A DNA stretch of 64,000 nt from the NCBI GenBank assembly GCA_030704615.1, contig CM060732.1:73966001-74030000 (forward strand), written 5' to 3'. This document shows positions 40,701 through 53,200 of the stretch, piece by piece. Source of the stretch: Takakia lepidozioides. Its lineage: Eukaryota; Plantae; Bryophyta. The position numbers were made by a program, and so were the translations under genes. Below the pieces are notes generated by a model that was not told where the DNA came from, searched no databases, and worked only from the letters and a program-made list of their open reading frames with translations. Every line of letters begins with the position of its first letter. The stretch's first letter is position 1.

Positions 40701-41796
40701 ATGTTTGGTCAAGCTGCTCAGTTAAGGCCACTGTTTCATGCACCCCCGGTGGGCATGACAACATTACCGCCTAATCTGCCATCTATGCCATTTAGGGGTC
40801 CCTCTAGTAATAATATAGGTCACAATTCTATCCCAACAGCTAATAATATACATGCTATGAATATTGGTCAGCCTCTTGCTTCAACTCCCTGCCGCCCTAC
40901 CCATGGATCTACTAATCCATGCCACCATGGTTATTCCTGTCATACCATCCCTCAATTAACCACCCAGCCTTATCATGAGTACACTATGGGGGAAGATTTT
41001 GACAGATGTTTGAAGTAATAGCTGGTGTGAATGGGGTGCCTGAAAATTTCAAGATCGCCATTTTTAGGATGAGTATGAAGGGACTAGCCCATGACCTACT
41101 GCATGCAGCTATCATGGATGATCCTCAACTTACTTGGGCCACTTTAGTAGATTGGGCCAAAACATTATTCAAACCTCTTGAACGGCCCTTGGACTGCTTC
41201 ACCAAGTTCGCTTCTCGGACTTACCAACCAGGGGAATCGTTATAGAAATACTACATGGACCTTAAACAAGCTACAGTTGAAAACATCTCCAATACAGCTG
41301 AGAGGGATCGCATGGTAAAGGTTTATTTTCTGTTTGGTTTACCTTCTGCTAATCATACTTGGGTCCATGCTTACTGAAGTAGGATTGAATATAGCAGAGC
41401 TGACTGACAACACATCAAAACAAACACATGTCAATTTCAAGCTCTTGTGGGCTCCGAGCTTGGCATGAATGCTACATCTCCTGCCTATGCCCCTTCTGTC
41501 ATGCAAGGCAGTACTGAGGATTTCACCCTCCAAGGGTTGGCAAAGATGGTAGGCAATTTAAATGAGACAATAGCAACCCAGTTAGCTGCCCTGCAGGTCA
41601 ATCAGCAATGTTGGCAACCTAGGCAGAATCAAGGAGGAGGCTGCAATAGGGGACGAACAAACACATACCAACATTATGAAGGGAACATAGCTGCCTGCTA
41701 CATATGTGGATCCCTTGAGCACTGGACCAAGCATTGTCCTGAACGAGATGGCCTATCTGACTTGATCAAAGCAAAAAAAGCTGCCCAACCCAACTC

Positions 41797-41837
41797 TTTA
41801 AACTAAAAAGACCTCTTGGGCAAGGGGCAAGAGGTCT
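41797..41837 (+). promoter_or_regulatory. -1 ribosomal frameshift signal between gag and pol
   Basis: In-phase T TTA AAC immediately before the gag stop, a 5-nt spacer, then a perfect 10-bp stem AGACCTCTTG/CAAGAGGTCT. The -1 frame is open into the protease ORF at 41869. Confidence 0.85.
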
Positions 41838-42266
41838 ACCATCTACCAACCCTACTCTTCATGTTACTATGCAAGCTGTGTTGTCCACTAACTTCAAGGC
41901 TCTTCATTGTCAGCTCAATAGACAGAATGTTAGTCAATACATTAATCCTCTTATGGCACAGTGCCATGTCCATGAGCCGAGTTTTCCCTGCATAATAGAT
42001 ATTGGATGTACCATGTTTGTCATTCCTTTAAATGTGGTAAGGGTTCTTGGCCTTAAGTTGTGCCCTGCATCTGGCCTAGAAGTGTTGATTGCTGATGGAT
42101 CTAGGTACAAGCCCCTGGGCCTGGTAATTGTTCCTATTCGCATTCACAAGAAAAAAGTGTTGATCACCTGCATAGTCACCATTGGAGACCAATTTTTGCT
42201 TGGTCTAGATTGGATGACAGGAGCTAGTGCAACCATCAATCTGGCTGACTATTCCCTTCGCTTTAA

Positions 42267-42928
42267 CTGTTAAACGCCCATCAGCCAAAAATTGGCCGTT
42301 TCAAAACGATAAAACTAAATAACTTTTTGGGATTTTATTAAATTTTGGGCTGAAATTTGGCCAAGTTTTATTTGACCAGGTGTAGGGCCCAGATCCGGGT
42401 TTGATTGAACCCGATCTGGGGTTTTTTTAGGTTTTGAGCTGGCAAAGAGAGGGGGGTCGGCTCCCGCCAACAGTCTGCGGCGGGCCCGTGTTTTGGAATC
42501 TCTCGTTCGCAGCGCGCAAGCTCCTGCTTCCACGTGACTTGGCTTCCGGGTTTGACCATTTCCCCTACCCTGAAATCTCACCCAATTCCCCCTATCTATA
42601 GCTCGTTGGAACGCCCGTCTCGCAAGGATGAAACAGGTAAAACCTCAGGCCGAATGGACATCATCCCCATATTGAAAAACCCAAAAAACTTCCTTGGAAT
42701 TGGAAAATAGCAAAAAATAAATATCAATTTGCCCAAATTCGCAACGGTGGCATTTCGCCAGATCAACGTTGATTGGCCTGAAATTTGGCCAGTAACTTGT
42801 CAGGTAGGTAACCACAAAATGTCCGGACAGAATTGCAAAATTATTTTTTTCCGTGTAGTTACGGCTGGATTTCCATGTAGGGGTCTCTTTTTGGGAAAAA
42901 GTCAACTCTGGCTAGTGGCGTTTAAGGG
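42267..42928. mobile_element. Non-autonomous TIR element with TTAA target duplication (piggyBac-like)
   Basis: TTAA at 42263-42266 and 42929-42932. Imperfect TIRs CTGTTAAACGCCCATCAGCCA and (rc) CCCTTAAACGCCACTAGCCA. Removing the element restores the pol frame SLRFKNGEGQEIVVPL. Confidence 0.85.
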
Positions 42929-43143
42929 TTAAGAATGGGGAAGGTCAAGAAATCGTTGTTCCTTTGAGAACGGTGAGACTGAAAGCGGGTGCTGCCATAG
43001 CTAACCTCTCCCGCGTCCAGGCCCTGGTTTAAGAGATAAAACAGCATTCTAACTCCAACTTCACTTTGCCTGACTTCTATAAGTTTTCAGTCTGATCTTA
43101 AACTCTTATATCAATGGCATGTTCCTAGCACTAGTGGAAAGAC

Positions 43144-43509
43144 ATGTATGCCCATAGTTGTGCCAGAAACTCAACTTTAATTCATGCTCTTGTTAATGTA
43201 ACCATTCCTGCCATGACCCAAGCTGTGGTTAAATCAGGCCTAGCCTTTTTGTGTCATGTAGCTCATTTTTTTGAAGTAGAAGGATGGCGAAGACTCACTG
43301 CTCTCAAGCATTGTTTAGTTGTCACTGGTGTAATTGATAGGGGATATAGACATGAAGTGAAGTTGCTAATTGCTAATCTTGAACGCTTTCATGTGACCAT
43401 TAAGAAAGGCCAAGTCCTTGCTCGCATTACGGCCTTACCAATTGCAGAACTTCAAGAGGTCCAGGCTGGTTTTGGACTAGAGGCCTGGGGATTCAACATG
43501 GTCCCATAG
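43144..43509 (+). CDS. dUTPase-like domain within Gypsy pol (degenerate)
   Basis: VVTGVIDRGYRHEVKLLIAN...VTIKKGQVLARI matches dUTPase motifs 3-4 (GVIDxDYRGE...IxKGDRIAQ). Confidence 0.7.
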   Translation: MYAHSCARNSTLIHALVNVTIPAMTQAVVKSGLAFLCHVAHFFEVEGWRRLTALKHCLVVTGVIDRGYRHEVKLLIANLERFHVTIKKGQVLARITALPIAELQEVQAGFGLEAWGFNMVP

Positions 43510-44044
43510 ATACTGTTGCTGCTTTTGCTGCAATAGTCCCGCTCCATCTCCCTGATCTCAGCCCCGAAGGTAAGAATGCCATCACTAATGTTTTTTTTCT
43601 GAAATTAAGCTAGGCACTTCTCTTTTATGAATCTAGCCAAAAGAAAGAAAGTTGAAATGCTTGTGGCTAAAAAAACTTGACATCTTCAGCTTGGGCCCTA
43701 TTGATCTAGGCAGAACTTCCATTCTCAAGCATGATGTTAATACTGACGGACCTCCTGTCAAACAATTTGCCTATCGTGAGAGTGTCAAGGAGCGTGCTAT
43801 AGTCCAGGAAGAGGTGCAAAAAATGCAGGATGTTGGTGTTATCAAGCATCGGTTTCACCTTGGGCCAGTCTCATTGTCTTGGTTGGTAAGAAAAATGGTT
43901 CCACTGACTTCAGGAAGTTGAATGAGGTCACCAAAAAAAATTCATATCCCTTGCCTAGAAGCAATGAAACCTTGGATCATCTGCATGGTGCTACCATTTT
44001 CTCATATCTAGATCTTGCATCTGGTATTTTGGCAAGTTCCTCTA

Positions 44045-44830
44045 TCTTACAAGTACAAAATGGTGTTTCATTTTGGGTGGGCAAAGTGTTGAACATAATG
44101 CGACAAATATGCACACCCTCAAAATGTCCTGCTTCGATGTCTTTCCGTGGATCAAATTCTTCGGATACTCCAACATTAGTAGCCAAATTGACATCATTTG
44201 CTTCCTTGTCCACTTCGAGCACTTCTTCGTATGACCTCTTACAAATGTAAGTGTATCATCATCGAAGTTCCAATCAAATACGACCATGCTTGGTGTTGTG
44301 GTATTTTGCATTGTTTTGCGTTTTTTGCGAGGAATTATAATGTCTGCAGGTAATTTGAAATCATCAACATCAGTCTCTTCATTTGTTGATTCATTGATGA
44401 ACTGACAGTTCGATGTTTGTAGCGTCGTTTGTGAGAATGTATGCGATTGACATTATTAGGGATAATAATATCATCAATATATGTCTCAGCAACAACATTG
44501 TTGTGCCTCAACATCACAATTTCTAGTCACGTCTTCAATTTCTCCAAGTATCTGTGTTTTCGGCCACCGGATCATATGACAGAATTGATGCACTTTTCCA
44601 TTGTATCCAAAAACCCTTCGTGAATTTTAGACTCCGGTACCAACATTTTTTTTATATGAACCGCAACATCATGTGGCTCAAAACAAACCAGTAATCCTTT
44701 TGCAACGATAACGCTATCAGTGATTATCAATTTAACAAGCTTAATTCTACGATCTGTACAAAACATTGACTTATTTATTAGTATATTTTCATAGTAACAA
44801 GTTATTTTACAGATATTAAATTCATGCAAC
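44045..44830 (-). pseudogene. Possible CACTA/EnSpm TNP1-like remnant
   Basis: VIVAKGLLVCFEPH.DVAVHIKK...DTMEKCINSVI..RWPK resembles the TNP1/En-Spm domain pattern (VAxG...V.V.V...WP). The similarity is weak and the sequence degenerate. Confidence 0.35.
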
Positions 44831-45389
44831 TTTCAGTTTAGTAGCTATAACTCTTGAGTTTTGTTATTCATAAAAAGATAAGAGTAACATTTCAACATAT
44901 GTTAGGATGTAGGGTGTTTATATTGTGTACATATCAATAACCATAGTGCATGATTTATTGTACCTTACTTCATATATGACTGAAGTTCGAACATAATTCA
45001 TTTTATGACCAAATAACAATTTAATTTTAATAAATATTATTTGTAACATTAATCTAACCAATTCTACATATATGTCATACTTTACACTTCCAAAAGATCA
45101 AACAAAAAATATACTAAAAACTATCTAAGATAGACATATTATTTTCAAATTATGTGAATGATTTTATAGTATGTGTATTTTTTAGTATTTCTAATAATAC
45201 AAACATATTTTCAGGCAATAAATAAAATATCTATCAAATCCATATGATTTATCAATATATATATATTTCCAAAAAAAAACGAAGGAGCGAAAGCCCACGA
45301 ATTCAGGCCCTAGAGGAGGGGGAAAAACTAACCCTCTTTCATCATGGGCCCTGAGACCTACAGGACGATCAACGCCCAAGCAAATTTTA

Positions 45390-46000
45390 TATTGTGCCAC
45401 GTGGCGCACAAAGAAGAGGCATCGCCAAATAAATTGATAAAATAATAAATAAAATTGATAAAAATTAAAAAGAATGGAGTTTTAAATTGTGCCACATGGC
45501 GCAGTGTGGTGCTCTGCTGCCACGTGGCTCAGCGCAGACAGGCGCAACCAGAAAAATATTTTTTACATTTGTTTTTAAGGAAATTATAAATAAAACTATT
45601 TTCTATCGCTGGCGGTGCCTCGTGACTCCGCCATGTGGCGCAAAGAAGACAGGCGCCGCCCCAAAAGTTATCATTTATAAATTAATTAATTGTTTTAAAG
45701 AAAAACAAAAAAACAAAGACCAAAACGATTTTCTATCACTGGCACATGGCGGTTCCACGCTGCGGGACGCGGACAGGCGCCGCCCACAGAAACAATAAAA
45801 ATAAATAAATTTAAAAAGAAAAACCAAAATAATTTTCTATCGCTGGCGCATGGCAGCGCCGTCTGATCCCGCCAAATGGCGAGACGTGGACAGGCGCCGC
45901 CCGAAAAAAGGCCAAAAAACAATTAATAATAATTTTAATAAAAAAACCCATGTGACTGCACCATGTGATTCTGCCACGTGGCATGACGGGGACAGACGCC
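45390..46000. repeat. About six GC-rich modules (GCCACGTGGC / ACAGGCGCCGCC) separated by A-rich spacers; likely TE subterminal repeats
   Basis: Units near 45392, 45488, 45600, 45730, 45835 and 45950. Confidence 0.75.
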
Positions 46001-46026
46001 GTTATATATATGAAGAAATCTTGGTT

Positions 46027-46502
46027 TGTGGATGGGACATTGGTTGCGTCCATAATGGTGCACACATGACATACCATTATGGTGCTCCATAACTGTGTTT
46101 TTTCTAAAATTAATAGTGGTCATTCTTTTTAGGTTCTTATGTAAGAAGGTCAACCCATATGTATGCTCATTTGCAGCCGCCGTACAAACTTGGAGTGAAG
46201 AGAAAAATGGAGTATTGGCGCGAACGTCAACAACAAGTGTGCTTTTCAGGTTAGTGTTGTGGATGGGACGTTGGCTGCGTCCATAATGGCGCACAAATGA
46301 CGTACCATTATGGTGCGTCCATTATGATGCTCCATAATTGTGTTTTTCCTATAATTAATAGTGGTCATTCTTTTTTGGTTCCTATATAAGAGGGTCACCC
46401 CATACGTATGTTCATTTGCAACCGCCGTCCAAACTTGGAGTGGACAGCAAATTGGAGTAGTGGCACGAACATCAACAACAAGTGTGCTTTCAGATTAGTG
46501 TG
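46027..46502. repeat. Two-copy tandem duplication of ~231 and ~245 bp
   Basis: TGTGGATGGGACRTTGGYTGCGTCCATAATGG...CAACAACAAGTGTGCTTT starts at 46027 and again at 46258. Confidence 0.9.
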
Positions 46503-46504
46503 AG

Positions 46505-46895
46505 GGTATTGCGTACGCGACAACCTGTAGTTTGCATTGTGGATTTTTATTGTTTTGTGTTATGTCATTGTATGTTATTGCAATAAGGAGAATATAAAAA
46601 AGGAAGAAAGAGCATTGTCGAACATATGGGTGTAGCATACGCAACATCTGTTATCAAATGAAAAATTATTAATAATACATGTTGACTAAGGGAGTATTGC
46701 GTATGCAACCACCTCTTTAGGGTTTAGGGTTTAAGATTTGGACATAATCACGAAATGTAAGATATTTCATTATGTTCATTAGGGTGTTGCGTACGCTACA
46801 CCCTCATCTTCTAAATGAGAAAATAACTTGATAGACAGATATCGACGTCAAGGAATATAGGGGTGTTGCGTACGTTACCCCCTCATCTTCTACTT
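46505..46895. repeat. Cluster of TTGCGTACGC(A/T)A-type palindromes with a (TTTAGGG)2 at 46716-46729
   Basis: Copies near 46509, 46632, 46697, 46782 (GGGTGTTGCGTACGCTACACCC) and 46861. Confidence 0.75.
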
Positions 46896-47054
46896 GCAGA
46901 TAACATATGTAGAAGTGTTATTAGAAACATACCTTGAGCTATGTTGTCCACGTTTTGTTGAAACTCCATGAGTTTGAGAGGTTGAACCGCTACAGTAATC
47001 CATGTGAAATGAACTCAAATCGGAGGCGTAAGCCTCTTATACTGGTGGAATGTA

Positions 47055-47235
47055 GGTAGGTTGGTAGGTACTATTTGATAGGTTTGTATTGTTTGATAGA
47101 TATGTTGGTATTACTTAGTAGATTTATATTGGTTAATAGGTATGGTTTGTATTGTTTGATAAGTAGGTTGGTATTGCTTGGTAGATTATATTGTTTGATA
47201 TGTAGGTTGGTATTACTTGGTAGATTTATATTGGT
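47055..47235. repeat. Degenerate T/G-rich minisatellite
   Basis: Repeated TAGGTTGGTATTACTTGGTAGATTTATATTG-like units. Confidence 0.8.
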
Positions 47236-49598
47236 TGCCAGCTCCACGGCGCCGAAGCCAAGGCGAACTGCTTGCTGCTACATGCGTGTGGTCGCTCTAT
47301 TTCAACAGCTGTGAGCTCTCCTGATGAACTCTCAGGTTGGGGATACTTCACGAGATGCAGTCGCCCTTCAAGTGTCTTCTGGGGGTTGCTCTTGTGTATA
47401 TGAGGCGTGTGAGTTAGATGCGTCCAAATGGTAGTGTTGAGGGAGAGACTTTGGATGGTGGTTATCGGGAAGATGTGCTCCATCAACGCCTTTTGCTGGT
47501 CCCAGGGAGTCGACAGAGCATGGATGAGCTCGAAGGAGAGGGAAAATAAGAGCAGAGCAACAAGGTCGTTGATTGTATGTTACCATAGCGATTGGGTCGA
47601 GTCATGTTCTCGGTGGCCTTGGAATACTGCCGCTTGAGTATGTCTGTGTAGACATACTTGGTCCGCGGAGGTATTGTGAACTTTGTGTTGACCCATGCGG
47701 TCGTAGCTGTAGGAGTACTTGAGGAAGTGGTGTCATTTTCTTCATTTGGACAGAAGTAGGTCCGCTTGGAGCTTGTTAGCGAATAGCAAAGAGCAGACAA
47801 AGCTATGACCTCTTTTTGTATTGCGATACACCAGAAAACATATATATTGTGAAACTTTCCAAAACTGGTTCCATTTGAGTAGCATGATGAGGCGAAGGCC
47901 ATTATAGCAAACAGAGAGGTGGGAAAAGAGGGCAAGCTGCTGAGAGAAGAGAGGGAGAGAGGAGGTACAATGGCGGCTGAAGAGTGTTTCGCAGACGTAG
48001 TAGTCATGGATAGGATAGTAGAAACGCCTATTTGAAGGGTTAATAAGACTAGGTAGGTAGAAAACTGGCGGAACCCTACATGATTAGTCATGGCTAAAGA
48101 CACTGCTCAGGCACGGATGTGGATACGACGGGAGGGCGGAGCTCCGCCGAGCTCTCTCACCGGCAGAATTAGAACGATATGGGACACAGACATGAATGAA
48201 ATGGAGACTTTTTACTGATGAAGAGTATGATAAGTGGATGAAAGATATCCCAAATGTTGTTCCACAGAAAGGATAGAAACCAGACATGTCATATATGAAA
48301 TAAAAGATGGTTGGAATTCCTGGATGCATCATGATATATTATTATGGATGTTTCTCCCTTATGATTTTCATAAATATATATTTGTAATATATGTACATAT
48401 TATATTATAATTATGTAGATAAATGTCTGATGTATAGATAAAAGAGTACCCTCAAATACTTGAAATTTACAATGTTTCATGCCAGTGATGACAAAACTCT
48501 TCGCACCTTAGTTATAAGGTATTGATGTAAACTCAGAACTACCATCAACGATTCTATTGCAAATATAATAAAAAAAAAAAAAAAAAATCTTTAGCCAAAG
48601 TCGACACAAACAAATATCATTTCACCATTCGGCTACAACATCTTATTGGAGATACGTCATTTCAATTCTCCGACAATAAAAGTGGACAAGCCATTGTCCA
48701 CTTTTAACGAATATATTTTTGAGCAGAAGAGAAAATCCCGGAAATTCCAAGAATATTCCTAAAAAGATGCGATGACAAAACTAAAAAATGAAACTTGTGC
48801 TTACGTGAGCACAAGGCATGCGAAGTTGGATAAGTAGCATCCGGTCAGTGCCGTCTACATCAAAAAAATTCATTGCTTAATCCGGGGAAATATAGTCAAG
48901 TGCAGACCTAACGCTCGATTATCTTAGCAATACGCGAAACTAGAATTATTTCATTCTGTTTCGCCCACAAAAGCATGGGTACGGACATACCGCAAAGAGC
49001 ACATAACAATTCATTAGCAAAATAAAACAATCTCACGTCGTCTCCTATATGCAAAACCAAACACAACACATTTTGTTTCACCCACGAAACCATTGGATAA
49101 TGACCTACGTAGCGATACTTAGAAATTTCGCTCGCAAAACCCATTATTTTGCTGGCAAAAACCCGATACCTTGATTTATTTCGCTACGGAAACCCGTTGT
49201 TTGCCTTATTATATTAAATTGTTCAATTATTGTATATTTTGGATGATATTGGTTATTGTGACTTTGTTTTTCCCTAATGTGTTATTTTTTTGTAAGATAC
49301 CAAAAGCTGTAGATATGTGGAACTTGGAGCTTGAAGATATACATTACGGGTGCCTATTTTCATTCGGGTTTAGGGTTTAGGGACATAATTAGGGACATAA
49401 TAGGACAGAGATGGGCACAGAAATAGGTACACAACTAACATTTTTTTTCGCTATTTTGGACCCTATTCGCATGAATTCTATTTCCGTGAAAACATATATA
49501 CCCTATTGTCGTGTTTTTGTGCTCATGCCTACGTTTTCCTGTGCTCACGCCATTTGTGCTCACCGGTGTGCTCACAACCCCCTGAAAAGGATAGTACC

Positions 49599-50218
49599 TG
49601 TCACGAACATAGCCTAGAGGAACTTACCAGGAGTAAATACCAGAAGTTATCAAGTTACCATGTTACCGAAAATTACCATGACTTATCGTGATCTATCATG
49701 ATCTACCATAATTTACCATTACTTATCAAGTTACCGAGAGTTTACCAAATTATCAAGAGTAACTTGAAAAACTGCTCAGGAAGCTTCTTTTGGATGAAAC
49801 TTCTCCATCAAGATACCTCATTTGTTTAAGGAAGCTTCTCCATCAAGAAACATTTATTTAACCTTGGAAACTTCTCCAGCAAGAAATCTCCATAGGGGAA
49901 GCTTCTTAGTAGCCAGTATATATAGAAGGCGAGACTGGACACTCTTCAGTCTCGCCAACACCAGTTCAAGCTACTCTTGTTTCCAGTTCCCAGTACTCTA
50001 GCCCAGAATCCAGTATCTGATACTCCAGTCCAGTTTCCAGCATTCCAGTATTCAAGTTGTGTTCCAATATATTGTACTCTTGTTTATTGTTATAAAGATC
50101 GTCTTGATTCATATTTACTCATCATGCATTCGGCCACGCCGACCTTGATTTCTTGTCTAGTCTTGTACCTCTAGTCTGATCTCTTGTTTGTGTTCAGTCA
50201 TGTTCTCGTTCTTTGACA
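49599..50218 (+). repeat. 5' LTR of the chromovirus
   Basis: Termini TGTCACGAAC...GTTCTTTGACA. Internal short repeats (TTACCATG/TTATCAAG and AAGCTTCTCCATCAAGA) and a TATATATAG box at ~49917. Confidence 0.85.
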
Positions 50219-50231
50219 GTTTGGCGAGACT
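50219..50231 (+). promoter_or_regulatory. Self-priming primer-binding site
   Basis: TTGGCGAGACT (50221-50231) is the exact reverse complement of AGTCTCGCCAA (49948-49958), which lies just downstream of the LTR TATA box. Confidence 0.85.
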
Positions 50232-53200
50232 AAAGTTTGTTTCTTAGTTAGTTAAGATGGAAGACACATTTGCGGAAATGGTCGCCACATTGCAGAGTCT
50301 TCAGCTCTAGATGCAAGAACTTCCTACCTCTACCGCCCAATCGCAAGCTGATCAGTCTCAAGATCTTGGCAACGCTCTCCACAATTTGCAACAACAAATT
50401 TTAGAGTTAAAGGAGTCGAACAATGGATCTTCAACTATACGAGTATCTACTGCAACAGCTCATACTACAATGGTTCCTCTTCAACAGATTACGAGAGAAC
50501 CAAAGATCAGCATGCCCGATAAATTTGATGGGACGAGATCAAGATTTCGCGGTTTTGTTCAACAAGTACGACTGTTCTTACGATTACATCCACAACGCTA
50601 CCCCGATGAAGGTATTCAAGTGGGATTCATGGGCACCCTTCTATCAGACACTGCCCTATCTTGGTTTGCACCGATATTAGAAAAAAAATTCGTATTTACT
50701 GTATCATTTTGAAGCATTCATGTCCGAGTTCACTGCAACGTTTGGAGAGAATGATAGAGAAAGAGTTGTAGAGACAAAGATGTGAAATCTTCGACAAGGA
50801 GCACGTTCTGCTTCCGTTTATGCTGCCGAATTTCGACAACTTGCGTGCGATCTCGACTAGAATGAGAAGAGCCTCATTAATCAGTTTCGATGCGAACTAA
50901 AAGATGATGTAAAAGATTTGTTGCTGACAATGTCATACATGAGTACACTAAGCGAATTCATCACCCAAGTCATTGCATGCGATAATCGTTTGTTCGAAAG
51001 ACGTCAAGAGAAGCGATCTGGATGGTCGACGACGCACCATGCTGTTGCTACTACGGCACCAAACATAACGATCCATCATTCATCCGGTAATGATCTTATG
51101 CAGATTGATGCTGTCGGATTCAAGCCATTGACGCCACAAGAAAAACAAAGACAGCGCTCGAATGGATTATGCCTTTATTACAAAGAAGATGATCACATAG
51201 CATTAAATTGCCCCAACAAGAAAAGATTCAAAACTTGGGGCACAACTCAAGTGTTCGATGAGGAGGTCGGAAAACGAATATGTCCAGTCACAGTAGGGGC
51301 TATGCGGCTGGACACCCCAAATTCCTCAAACAAAAAAAGTCTTTTTCTACCTCCAGACCTTGTACCTTGTTTCACAGTTCCAGTAAAAATCATGATGCAA
51401 AATCGAGATATCTCCGTAAAAGCACTTTTGGACTCGGGCGCTTCAGCGTGTTTTATTGACAAAGACTTTGCAAAGCAACATAATTTAATGCTCGTAAGAA
51501 AGAAATTCTTGGCCCCTGTTGAAGCCATCAATGGACGACCGTTAAATATTGACCATCAAACTCAACCCCTTGAAGTGAAGCTTAAAAATCAAACATCACA
51601 GATTGTTTTCAATGTCATCCAGTCTCCAACAAATCATGTGATCCTTGGACTTCCCTGTTCATGAGAGCTACGAAGAAAGACGCGACATTTGGACTTTATG
51701 TGACTCCGATCAAAACCACAACAAACCAAGATATTTTGACATTACCCACTCAATATCAAGATTTCAAGGATGTTTTCGAGAAGAAAAATGCATGCCAGAA
51801 CATCGACCTTATGATTGTGAAATTGAGTTGCAAGAAGGAGCTCAACCACCATTCGGCCCGATCTACAATTTATTTCAGACGGAGCTGGCTGCTTTATGCG
51901 AATACATTGATGAAAATTTGTCAAAGAATTTCATTCGACATTCGAAATCACCCGCGGGAGCACCTATCTTATTTGTGAAGAAGAAAGACAGATTGTTACG
52001 CATGTGTGTGGACTATCGTGGGCTCAACAAAGTCACTATAAAAAATCGTTACCCACTACCGATGATTTCCGGACTCCTCGAACAACTTGGACGAGCAAAT
52101 TTTTTCACAAAGATCGACTTGAGAGGAGCTTACAACCTTGTATAAATAAAAGAAGGAGACAGATAGAAAACTGCTTTTCGCTCAAGGTACGGACATTTCG
52201 AATACATTGTTAGTCTTTCGGTCTTACAAATGCTCCAGCAAATTTTCAACACATGATGAATGACATCTTTCGAGAATTTTTAGATGACTTTGTAGTCATC
52301 TATTTGAACGACATTTGGATATTTTCACAGAATGAAGAAGAACATGGTCGCCATGTACACCTTGTCCTTGATAAATTGAGGGAAAAATAATTATATGCCA
52401 AGTTGAAAAAATGTATTTTCCACCAATCTGAAGTCGAATTTTTGGGCTACCAAAATTGGTTTAATCCACTCGATGATGGTTTGTATTTTCTTCTGATCCA
52501 TACACTCCTTTGTCGGAAATAATGTATTCTAGGATTTGCAAATTTCTGTAGAATCTTCATCAAGGACTACTCCAAAATTGCTGCACCATTGACACGACTC
52601 ACATGGAAGGACAAATTTGTATGGGACGAGAAGGCTGACCAAGCACTTGAAAGGCTAAAGCAGACATTTACAACGGCTCCAATACTGGTACATGCAGACC
52701 CATCTAAACCATTCTTTTTGGAAGTAGATGTATCGGACTTTGCACTTGGCGCGGTACTCTCTCAATATGGTACAGATGGCCGTCTTCACCCTGTTGGTTT
52801 TCGTTCTCGCAAATTTTCCGCTGCGGAGATCAATTATGAAATCCATGACAAAGAATTTCTAGCGATTATCGATGTTTTTGAGGAGTGGCGTCATCTATTG
52901 GATGGAGCTAAACATCAGGTCACAGTCTATACCGATCACAAAAACATTGAGTATTTATGAGTGCTCGTGTTTTGAATTGACATCAAGCGAAATGGAGTAT
53001 GTCATTAGCAAGGTTTGATTTTATTATTACCTACCGTCCCGGACATCTTCAAGGAAAACTAGATGCTCTTTCTCGACGATCGTATCTTGCGCCAAAAGAA
53101 GGGGATGCAGTTTTTGACCAACAGAAATCCATCATCTTGAAACTAGCAAATCTCCAATTGAATATGCTATCCATGTTTACCTATGACGATGTAGAGATCA

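Larger units (their letters stand above)
40600..44040 (+). mobile_element. Degenerate Ty3/Gypsy internal region: gag, protease, dUTPase-like domain and RT N-terminus (truncated)
   Basis: Gag FEVIAGVNG...LTWATLV; knuckle CYICGSLEHWTKHC (~41695); protease CIIDIGC...FLLGLDWM; GVIDRGYR (~43327); RT DLGRT...DFRKLNEVTKKNSYPLPR...FSYLDLASG. Confidence 0.9.

Noticed and set aside
47226-48103. Minus-strand ORFs as a gene
   Set aside because: No recognisable domain. It may be decayed TE cargo but cannot be supported.
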